From: Acidimicrobiia bacterium
GTDB lineage: Bacteria > Actinomycetota > Acidimicrobiia > Spongiisociales > UBA5794
Direction: 5' to 3'
DNA: 64,000 nt
NCBI GenBank assembly: GCA_051011415.1
Contig: JBPCTY010000002.1
Coordinates: 7,104 to 71,103 of the forward strand
This document shows, piece by piece, positions 56,836 through 64,000 of the stretch; positions within the stretch are counted from its first letter, which is position 1, and every line of letters starts with the position of its first letter. The notes beneath the pieces were generated by a model. It ran no database searches, had not been told where the DNA came from, and saw nothing but the letters and a program-made list of their open reading frames with translations. A program made the translations under genes and the position numbers.

Positions 56836-58074
56836 GTGTGGCACGATCTTCACCTGATGTCCCACGACCAACGCGCCTTGCTTCTCGCCGCTTTCGAGGC
56901 TGCCGTGCGAGCGTGCGATCCCGAAGCGGCGACGATGCGGGCGCTGAAGACGCGGTCACTCCGAGGCTCAGTACGGGTCATCGCCATTGGAAAGGCCTCA
57001 CCCGGCATGGCGCGGGGGGCGACTGAGGTGCTCGGCGAACAGATCGTGGGTGGTGTCGTCGTGAGCGACCACATCGAGAGTGTCCCGGATGCGTTGAGTC
57101 TGATGATCGGCAGTCACCCTGTGCCGGACCATCGGTCGCTTGTCGCTGGTGACGCTGTGCTGAAAGAGGCCGAACGAACTGACCACGATCATCTTCTGGT
57201 GCTCGTGTCAGGCGGGGGCTCCGCACTCGCTGAAGTGCCACGAGCGAGACTCGGCGCCGCCCAGCTTGCCGATACAACGGCTCTCTTGATGGATGCGGGT
57301 GTTCCGATCGGTGATGTCAACACCGTGCGGCGGCATCTGTCGGAACTGAAGGACGGGGGCGTTCTCCGCCGATCCCTCGTTCCAGTGACAACCCTGCTGA
57401 TCAGTGATGTCGTCGACGGTCCGGCGGCTGAGATCGCTTCCGGCCCAACCCTCGTATCAGGCTCCACATCGACATCGGCGCTTCGCGTGCTCGAAGAGGC
57501 GGGCTTGGCCGCGCAAGCGGATCGCAAGGTCCTGGATCTCCTTCGGTCAGATCGCCGCGCACACACCTCAAACGCACCACATGATTGGGAGGTGATCGTG
57601 GATCGCTTTACCGCGATGCGTGGAGCACGCGATCACCTCACGGCGGCCGGGTTCCGCGCCCGAACGCTTGAGCAACCGATCGAAGGGCCGGCTGCCGCGA
57701 CCGCAATCGACTTCGTTCGGTCGGCCGATAGCGGCGTGACGGTGGCATCTGGAGAAACCACCGTGCAGATAACCGGCGAGGGCATCGGCGGTCGCAACCA
57801 GCACGCCGCCCTCGCTGCGGCCGTTGAACTCGCTGGCCGTGAGGACTTCGTGTTCGGCGCACTCGGCACAGATGGCATCGATGGACCGACTGATGCTGCG
57901 GGAGCGATCGTGGATGGCCTGGTCGCGGGACAGATTCTCGCCGCTGGCATCGACCCAGCTGACGCCGTCGTTCGCTGCGACTCGCACGGTGCGCTTGAGG
58001 CATCTACTGCCCTTGTCAGGACTGGCCCGACCGGCACCAATGTCGGCGACATCTGGATGGTCTCAAGGCTCTAG
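56836..58074 (+). CDS. Glycerate 2-kinase / hydroxypyruvate reductase-like protein (DUF4147 + MOFRL)
   Basis: It has IAIGKASPGMA, LVSGGGSAL and the MOFRL-type GALGTDGIDGPTDAAGAIVD. The start may be the internal ATG at 56857. Confidence 0.8.
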   Translation: MWHDLHLMSHDQRALLLAAFEAAVRACDPEAATMRALKTRSLRGSVRVIAIGKASPGMARGATEVLGEQIVGGVVVSDHIESVPDALSLMIGSHPVPDHRSLVAGDAVLKEAERTDHDHLLVLVSGGGSALAEVPRARLGAAQLADTTALLMDAGVPIGDVNTVRRHLSELKDGGVLRRSLVPVTTLLISDVVDGPAAEIASGPTLVSGSTSTSALRVLEEAGLAAQADRKVLDLLRSDRRAHTSNAPHDWEVIVDRFTAMRGARDHLTAAGFRARTLEQPIEGPAAATAIDFVRSADSGVTVASGETTVQITGEGIGGRNQHAALAAAVELAGREDFVFGALGTDGIDGPTDAAGAIVDGLVAGQILAAGIDPADAVVRCDSHGALEASTALVRTGPTGTNVGDIWMVSRL

Positions 58075-58111
58075 CTCTGTTGGGCCCTTTTCTGGCAGGT
58101 AGGGTGATTGC

Positions 58112-59188
58112 GTGACCGTCACAGATGCCCCCGTCCTGATCACTGGTGTAACCGGCTACATCGGAGCCGAAGTCGCCAAGCAACTCCTCGCAGCCGGATA
58201 CCGCGTGCGCGGCACGACCAGAGACGCCGACCATGCACGAGTTGGTGGGTATGTCACTGGTCTCGATGGCGCTGCCGAACGGCTTGAACTCGTGCAGGCC
58301 GACCTGCTCGACGCAGGCTCCATCGCTACTGCGGCGACCGGATGCGACTACATCATCCACGTCGCATCTCCCTACATCCTTGACGTTGCGGACCCGCAGC
58401 GCGATCTCGTAGACCCGGCAGTCAAGGGGACCGAAGCGGTTCTTGAGGCTGCCTCGCTGGTCGGCACGGTGAAACGCGTCGTGCTCACCTCGTCAGTTGC
58501 CGCGGTGATGGGCGCCCCACGCGCCAGAGTCTTCACGGAAACTGACTGGAACACCGTGTCGACCCTCGACAACGGTCCTTACTCATTCTCGAAGACGCAG
58601 GCCGAGCGTCTTGCCTGGGACTACGTGGAGTCCGAGCAGCCGAGCTTCGACCTCGTCGTGATAAACCCATCTGGCGTCATCGGGCCCTCGATCGTGCCTC
58701 GCCTGAACCAGTCGGCGGTCCTCTTCTCAAATCTCACCAATGGCGAGACTCCGGGAATCGTCTCGCTCGACTTTGCCTACGTCGACGTTCGTGACGTTGG
58801 GAAGGCCCACGTCGCCGCAATGGAGACACCGAGTGCCTCCGGCCGGTACATCTGCTCGGCAGAGACGGTGACGATGCGGCGGGTGATTGACGTGATGCGT
58901 GAGATGGGCCTCGACCAGAAGTACAAGTTGCCCTCAATGTCGCTCGACAATGCCTTTGGCAACTTGGTCGTCCGGCTGGTTGCAAACGCACAGCCGAAAG
59001 GCACAAGGTCGTGGCTCAAGACCTTCGTGGGCAAGACATACACGTTCGACACGGCCCGGATCGAGAGCGAACTGTCGATCGAATTCCGCGACATGAATGA
59101 CACCCTGAGCGCCGCGATTGCTGACACCGATCATTGGGGACACCTCGGCCACAAGGTCGTACCTGGTGAAGAAGTCTCCCAGGGCTGA
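58112..59188 (+). CDS. Extended SDR, NAD(P)-dependent (dihydroflavonol/cinnamoyl-CoA reductase-like)
   Basis: It has the Rossmann motif ITGVTGYIGAEV and the catalytic YSFSK. Confidence 0.85.
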   Translation: MTVTDAPVLITGVTGYIGAEVAKQLLAAGYRVRGTTRDADHARVGGYVTGLDGAAERLELVQADLLDAGSIATAATGCDYIIHVASPYILDVADPQRDLVDPAVKGTEAVLEAASLVGTVKRVVLTSSVAAVMGAPRARVFTETDWNTVSTLDNGPYSFSKTQAERLAWDYVESEQPSFDLVVINPSGVIGPSIVPRLNQSAVLFSNLTNGETPGIVSLDFAYVDVRDVGKAHVAAMETPSASGRYICSAETVTMRRVIDVMREMGLDQKYKLPSMSLDNAFGNLVVRLVANAQPKGTRSWLKTFVGKTYTFDTARIESELSIEFRDMNDTLSAAIADTDHWGHLGHKVVPGEEVSQG

Positions 59189-59344
59189 TCGCCGGATCGA
59201 CCAGTCCGCAACAACGTCCTACGCCACACGGATTGCGCACCCCCATCCCTACACTTCCGTCCGCATCTGGGATGCCGTTTACGATCGTGGCATCGACCTC
59301 GATGCGGTGTCCCCGGATCACGACGGGACGTCCCGTCGAGACAT

Positions 59345-59420
59345 GGTGGCCGTAGCTCAGCTCGGTTAGAGCGCCTGGTTGTGGTCCAGGAGGTCGCGGG
59401 TTCAAATCCCGTCGGCCACC
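59345..59420 (+). tRNA. tRNA-His (anticodon GTG) with encoded G-1; CCA follows
   Basis: G GTGGCCG TA GCTC AGCTCGGTTA GAGC G CCTGG TTGTGGT CCAGG AGGTC GCGGG TTCAAAT CCCGT CGGCCAC C, then CCA. Confidence 0.9.
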
Positions 59421-59425
59421 CCAAA

Positions 59426-59459
59426 GCGTCCGTCCTCCTCCTTCGGGAGGAGGCGACGC
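59426..59459 (+). terminator. Stem-loop after tRNA-His (terminator or processing hairpin)
   Basis: GCGTC-CGT-CCTCCTCC TTCG GGAGGAGG-C-GACGC. No clear U-tract follows. Confidence 0.35.
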
Positions 59460-59487
59460 GACTTGTACGAACATTTGAGGAGACATC

Positions 59488-60909
59488 GTGCAGACCGAGG
59501 TCAGCGAAACAAGTCGGTTCGAGCGGACGCTCACCGTCACGCTTGAGAATGAGGAGCTTGCCGACGCAAAGAAGCGGGCAGCCCAGAAGATCTCGAGCGC
59601 TATGAAGATCAAGGGCTTCCGTCCCGGCAAAGCGCCTGTTGCGGTCGTGGAGCGGATGGCCGGTGAGGGCTATGTGCGCTCCGAAGCCATCGAAGAAGCC
59701 ATCCAAGATGTGGTCCCTGCAGCGATCGAGGAATCTGGTCTCGAACCAGTGACCGTCCCATCCGTCGCAGCGATCCGTGATGAGAATGAGGATGGCAGCG
59801 TCGAGATCGATGTCCTCGTAACCATGTGGCCAGTGCTCGAATCCCTCCCAGACTTCGGAGAGTTCGAGATCGAAGTCGAGAACCCAGCGGTCACTGACGA
59901 CGAGATCAACGAGCAGCTTGATGCGCTCCGCAACCAGTACGCCGAGCTTGCCGACCACGACGGAGAACTATCTGAGGGCGACTTTGCGATGATCGATGTT
60001 TCAGCGTCCCAGGACGGCGAGGTCATCGAATCCGCCGGCGCCAAGGACCTGATGTATGAGATCGGCACCGAGTCGTTCATTCCGGGCCTCGACACCCTGC
60101 TCGATGGAGTGGATGTCGGTGCAACAGTTGAGGGCGAAGGAACACTGCCGGAGGGCTACTCGGACAAGGGCGGCGAGGATGTCACACTCAGCGTGCACAT
60201 CAAGGAAGCCAAGACAAAGGTCCTCCCTGAGCTCGACGATGAGATGGTCGCCGATGCAACCGAGTTTGAAACCGTTGATGAGCTGACCGAAGCGCTCCAG
60301 AAGAACATGCTTGCGTACAAGGTGCATGCCCAGCGCTCGGTTCTTCAGGACAAGACAATCCAGTACGTGCTCAACGAAGTCGACCTCGATGTGCCCGAAG
60401 CATTGATCAACGCCGAGGTTGAGGCACGGGTGCAGAACCTGGTGGCCCGCCTCGAGCAGGACAACATTGAGATCCAGGACTACTTGCGCATCATGGGCCA
60501 GGACGAGGCTGCCTTCGTTGCCGGTCTCAGAGACCAGGCAGATCATGCGCTGTCGACTCGAATCCTGCTTGAGTCAATTGCTGCGGTCGAGAACTGGGAA
60601 GTCGAGGACGAGGACATCATCGAGCACATCGAGAACCTTCTCCAGGGCCAACCAGGCGACCCGCAGGAGCTACTCGAGGCGTGGAAGGCGAGTGGTCAAA
60701 TTGAGTCGCTTACCAGTGATATCCTGCGCGACAGGGCCCTGAACAGCCTGGTGGAAGCAGCCACTCCGGTGGATGCAGATGGGAATCCCGTCGACCTCAC
60801 CCCCGTGGTGGTCGATGAAGAAGAGGTCGAGGAAACAGCCGCTGAGGCGGTTGAAGATGATTCCGAGGCAACGTCTGAAGACGATGCCGACGACGAATCG
60901 GAGGAGTGA
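59488..60909 (+). CDS. tig: Trigger factor with acidic C-terminal tail
   Basis: It has an N-terminal ribosome-binding region with GFRPGKAP, a PPIase-like middle domain and a helical C-domain. It lies upstream of clpP-clpX. Confidence 0.93.
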   Translation: MQTEVSETSRFERTLTVTLENEELADAKKRAAQKISSAMKIKGFRPGKAPVAVVERMAGEGYVRSEAIEEAIQDVVPAAIEESGLEPVTVPSVAAIRDENEDGSVEIDVLVTMWPVLESLPDFGEFEIEVENPAVTDDEINEQLDALRNQYAELADHDGELSEGDFAMIDVSASQDGEVIESAGAKDLMYEIGTESFIPGLDTLLDGVDVGATVEGEGTLPEGYSDKGGEDVTLSVHIKEAKTKVLPELDDEMVADATEFETVDELTEALQKNMLAYKVHAQRSVLQDKTIQYVLNEVDLDVPEALINAEVEARVQNLVARLEQDNIEIQDYLRIMGQDEAAFVAGLRDQADHALSTRILLESIAAVENWEVEDEDIIEHIENLLQGQPGDPQELLEAWKASGQIESLTSDILRDRALNSLVEAATPVDADGNPVDLTPVVVDEEEVEETAAEAVEDDSEATSEDDADDESEE

Positions 60910-60911
60910 AC

Positions 60912-61520
60912 ATGAGCTATCTGGTCCCCACAGTCGTTGAGAACACACCACGCGGTGAACGCGCATTCGACATCTACAGCCGGCTCCTCAAGGACCGCAT
61001 CATCTTCCTTGGCACGCCAATCGATGACGGTGTCGCAAACATCATCATGGCTCAGCTCCTTCACCTCGAAGGGGAGGATCCAGACAAGGACATCAACCTG
61101 TACATCAACTCTCCTGGCGGTTCTACCTACGCGTTGATGGCGATCTACGACACGATGCAGTTCATCAAGCCCGCCGTAGCTACCTACTGCATGGGTCTCG
61201 CCGCATCCGCAGCCGCTGTGCTGCTGGCTGCCGGTGAGGAGGGCAAGCGCTTCGGCCTTCCCCACAGCCGAGTGATGATCCACCAGCCACACGTTTCAGG
61301 TCTTGGTGGTCAGGCGACCGATATCGAGATCCACGCACGTGAGATTCTCAAGACACGTGAGGACATCAATGAGATCCTCGCACTGCACACCGGCAAGCCC
61401 CTCGAAGAGGTTCAGGTGGACACCGAGCGCGACTATTGGCTCGGACCTGAAGAAGCCATCGAGTACGGTGTTCTTGACTCGGTGCTGTCTCCCCGTCAGC
61501 TCGAGGCTGTCTCTAACTAG
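60912..61520 (+). CDS. clpP: ATP-dependent Clp protease proteolytic subunit
   Basis: ClpP similarity with the Ser (GLAASAAA), His (MIHQP) and Asp (DTERD) triad contexts. Confidence 0.95.
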   Translation: MSYLVPTVVENTPRGERAFDIYSRLLKDRIIFLGTPIDDGVANIIMAQLLHLEGEDPDKDINLYINSPGGSTYALMAIYDTMQFIKPAVATYCMGLAASAAAVLLAAGEEGKRFGLPHSRVMIHQPHVSGLGGQATDIEIHAREILKTREDINEILALHTGKPLEEVQVDTERDYWLGPEEAIEYGVLDSVLSPRQLEAVSN

Positions 61521-61531
61521 GAGCTGGGACC

Positions 61532-62806
61532 TTGGCCAAATACGAGGGCTCTGAACTGCTGAAGTGCAGTTTCTGCGGTAAGTCGCAGAAGCAAGTCAAG
61601 AAGCTGATCGCCGGACCGGGCGTGTACATCTGTGACGAGTGCATTGAGCTGTGCAACGAGATCATCGAAGAGGAACTCTCCGATACCGAAGAGGTCTCTT
61701 TCACCGAACTTCCCAAACCACACGAGATCTACGAGTTTCTCGACGAGTACGTCGTAGGCCAGTCGCAGGCCAAGAAGGTGCTCTCGGTCGCCGTGTACAA
61801 CCACTACAAGCGTGTGCGTGCCGGCCAACGTTCAACCGACGAGGATGTCGAACTTCAGAAGTCGAACATCTTGATGATCGGCCCGACAGGCTCAGGCAAG
61901 ACGCTGATGGCACAGACGCTTGCAAAGCTTCTGAATGTTCCGTTCGCAATCGCTGACGCCACCGCTCTCACCGAGGCTGGGTACGTCGGAGAGGATGTTG
62001 AGAACATCCTGCTCAAGATCATTCAGGCTGCTGACTTCGACACGAAGCGTGCAGAGCAGGGGATCATCTACATCGATGAGATCGACAAGATCGCCCGCAA
62101 GGCCGAGAACCCATCCATCACGCGGGATGTATCTGGCGAAGGTGTCCAGCAAGCGCTGTTGAAGATTCTTGAAGGTTCGGTCGCATCGGTTCCACCGCAG
62201 GGTGGGAGAAAGCACCCGCATCAGGAATTGATCCAGGTCGACACGACCAACATGCTCTTCATCTGCGGTGGTGCGTTTGCAGGTCTCGAAGAAGTCATCG
62301 GGAAGCGGATCGGTGGCAAATCCGTCGGATTCGGCGCAGAAGTCAATTCGAAGCTTGAAGGTCGTCCGAGCGACGTGATCTCCGAGGTCATGCCAGAGGA
62401 CCTGATCGGCTACGGGCTCATCCCCGAGTTCATCGGTCGACTGCCCGTAATGACCACGGTTGAAGATCTCGATCTCGAATCCCTCGTGCGAGTTCTCACC
62501 GAGCCAAAGAACGCAATCGCCAAGCAGTACGCCCGATTCTTTGAGATGGATGGCGTCGAGCTGGTCGTTACCGACGATGCGCTCGAAGCGATCGCTGAAC
62601 AGGCGATGAAGCGTGGGACCGGTGCACGTGGCCTGAGAGCCATCATGGAGGAAGTGCTGCTCGACACGATGTACGAGCTTCCTTCCCGCACTGATGTCGC
62701 TCGCGTCGTGATCGACGGCGACGTTGTACGTGAAAAGGTCAACCCAACGCTCGTACCGATACAGGACATCGCATCGGCTGGGCTGCCCGAAGAGCGCACC
62801 GCCTGA
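61532..62806 (+). CDS. clpX: ATP-dependent Clp protease ATP-binding subunit ClpX
   Basis: It has the N-terminal zinc module CSFCGKSQ...CDECI, Walker A GPTGSGKT and IYIDEIDK. The start is TTG. Confidence 0.97.
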   Translation: MAKYEGSELLKCSFCGKSQKQVKKLIAGPGVYICDECIELCNEIIEEELSDTEEVSFTELPKPHEIYEFLDEYVVGQSQAKKVLSVAVYNHYKRVRAGQRSTDEDVELQKSNILMIGPTGSGKTLMAQTLAKLLNVPFAIADATALTEAGYVGEDVENILLKIIQAADFDTKRAEQGIIYIDEIDKIARKAENPSITRDVSGEGVQQALLKILEGSVASVPPQGGRKHPHQELIQVDTTNMLFICGGAFAGLEEVIGKRIGGKSVGFGAEVNSKLEGRPSDVISEVMPEDLIGYGLIPEFIGRLPVMTTVEDLDLESLVRVLTEPKNAIAKQYARFFEMDGVELVVTDDALEAIAEQAMKRGTGARGLRAIMEEVLLDTMYELPSRTDVARVVIDGDVVREKVNPTLVPIQDIASAGLPEERTA

Positions 62807-62855
62807 GCGTGGCCGCCCAGCGGCACACCGCGGTTTTGATCTCCGAGGTTCTCGC

Positions 62856-63518
62856 ATGAGTCAGGTGTGGCGCCATAACGCCAAGGTCGCATTCGTCGGC
62901 TCGCACGGGATCCGCAAGACCACAGCCGTGCATGCATTTGCAAACACGATGCAACGGGCGGGACGCTCGGTCGAACACGGCCGAGAGGTCGTGAGGGACA
63001 ACCCCCTCGGTATCAACGAAACGGCAACGGGAGAGGCCCAGCTTTGGGTCATCGTCAGCCAGATTCGTCAAGAGCTTCGGCTCGCCCAGAACGCAGAGGT
63101 GCTTGTCCTCGATCGAGGCGTGATGGACAACTTCGCCTACTACCTCAGAGCGTGCGACGGCGACGATCCCTTTGACGTTGGCCCGCTGGTGGCGCAATGG
63201 TCCACAACGTACGACCTGGTGGTTCGGCTGCTGCCCGACGTCGCCCTTCGTGAAGACGGAGTCCGGTCCACATCGGACACCTTCCGAGATGAGATCGAGG
63301 CTCTACTTGATCAGCGGCTTGCCGATCTGGTGCCTGAGCGAAGCCTCGTGTCGCTGAACGCATCTGACATCGATGATCGATTCGACTGGTGGCCGCTCGC
63401 TGAGCGCCTCGCTGCATTGATGGAGGAGCCGCTGTACGCCGCGGGAGTCCCAAAACGCAGAGCAAAGCCAAGCCCTCGAGAGGTCCCCGACGTTCCTCAG
63501 CTAGAGATGGAGATCTGA
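62856..63518 (+). CDS. P-loop NTPase-like protein with a deviant Walker A (AAA_28/NadR-kinase-like; tentative)
   Basis: Start at MSQVWRHN. VAFVGSHGIRKTT resembles a Walker A but has R where the second conserved G is expected. LVLDRG is a possible Walker B. Confidence 0.5.
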   Translation: MSQVWRHNAKVAFVGSHGIRKTTAVHAFANTMQRAGRSVEHGREVVRDNPLGINETATGEAQLWVIVSQIRQELRLAQNAEVLVLDRGVMDNFAYYLRACDGDDPFDVGPLVAQWSTTYDLVVRLLPDVALREDGVRSTSDTFRDEIEALLDQRLADLVPERSLVSLNASDIDDRFDWWPLAERLAALMEEPLYAAGVPKRRAKPSPREVPDVPQLEMEI

Positions 63519-63550
63519 ACCGGCGCATCCCACCTCGGTAGGGTGCGGTG

Positions 63551-64000
63551 ATGGAGCAGATCACTCTGGAACCCGTCGATTCGGTGCAACTGACGACGGT
63601 CATGGACAACCTCACAGATCTCACACTCGCCGGAAGCGAATCTGTCGAGCGTCGCGCATTTGGAGCCCTTCCGCTTCGCACGTCTGCCTTTTTCGAGGAT
63701 GAGTTGTACGACGTGTTCCGGGCCGAACACGGGTTCTCCGCAATTGTGGATATCGAGAGAAATGGAACTGCATCAAGGTTCATGTTTGACGCTGGCCTCA
63801 CGCCCGACGGGGTGATCGAGAATCTCGATCGTATGGAGATCGACCCCGGAACGCTCGAAGTGATCGTGCTGAGTCACGGACACTTCGACCACACAGGGGG
63901 CCTGGACGGAGTGATTCGGCGCCTCGGCAAGACTCAGATGCCTGTATTGATCCATCCCGAGTTCTGGAATCGGCGCCGCATCACCATCCCGGGTCGCGAT
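63551..64000 (+). CDS. MBL-fold metallo-hydrolase, partial (runs off window end; not in ORF track)
   Basis: My own translation from ATG 63551 is MEQITLEPVDSVQLTTVMDN...GFSAIVDIERNG...VIVLSHGHFDHTGGLDGV..., with the HxHxDH motif. The frame is open to 64000. Confidence 0.7.
   Translation, partial: MEQITLEPVDSVQLTTVMDNLTDLTLAGSESVERRAFGALPLRTSAFFEDELYDVFRAEHGFSAIVDIERNGTASRFMFDAGLTPDGVIENLDRMEIDPGTLEVIVLSHGHFDHTGGLDGVIRRLGKTQMPVLIHPEFWNRRRITIPGRD

Overview
GC-rich bacterial chromosomal segment with GC-biased third codon positions. Gene content and order look actinobacterial; a deep-branching Actinomycetota lineage such as Acidimicrobiia is my guess only. I call about 68 protein genes, one tmRNA, six tRNAs and one tRNA fragment. 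I saw no rRNA, CRISPR array, transposase or integrase. Most of the window is core metabolism and cell biology in blocks that I recall being syntenic with Mycobacterium: (1) rhodanese-ThiF enzyme, ABC exporter, class A PBP; (2) a propionate/methylmalonyl block (split methylmalonyl-CoA mutase large subunit, LpdA-like flavoprotein, accA, pccB, divergent birA); (3) F420 genes cofD-cofE, then a long envelope-glycan block (GT2-polytopic fusion, secreted protein, glutaredoxin-like protein, three small Cys-motif proteins, GT-C-like membrane protein, GtrA, polyprenyl-phosphate GT2, manB, Trm112-like), then ahcY, an L,D-transpeptidase, comF, hpf, an orphan NarL-type regulator and secA; (4) prfB-ftsE-ftsX-M23 peptidase-smpB-ssrA; (5) a more accessory stretch after the tmRNA (HxlR, hydrolases, NUDIX, an orphan helical-repeat secreted protein, DinB, GNAT, YbaK, pfkA); (6) a JAMM-MBL-rph-rdgB block; (7) a tRNA cluster with small accessory genes; (8) tig-clpP-clpX. 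I found no clearly novel self-contained system. The best candidates for follow-up are: the translationally coupled GT2-polytopic/secreted/glutaredoxin trio and the adjacent three-component extracytoplasmic glycosylation module; a DUF2007-JAMM fusion left at the mec position without cysO/cysM; a four-repeat helical secreted orphan; a 49-bp exact duplication of the tRNA-Leu 3' half that looks like an integration scar; a roughly 90-aa poly-acidic tail on FtsE; and two predicted pseudoenzyme-like variants (a DLH-fold protein and the GT2 DxD position). All family names come from motif recognition by eye, not database searches.
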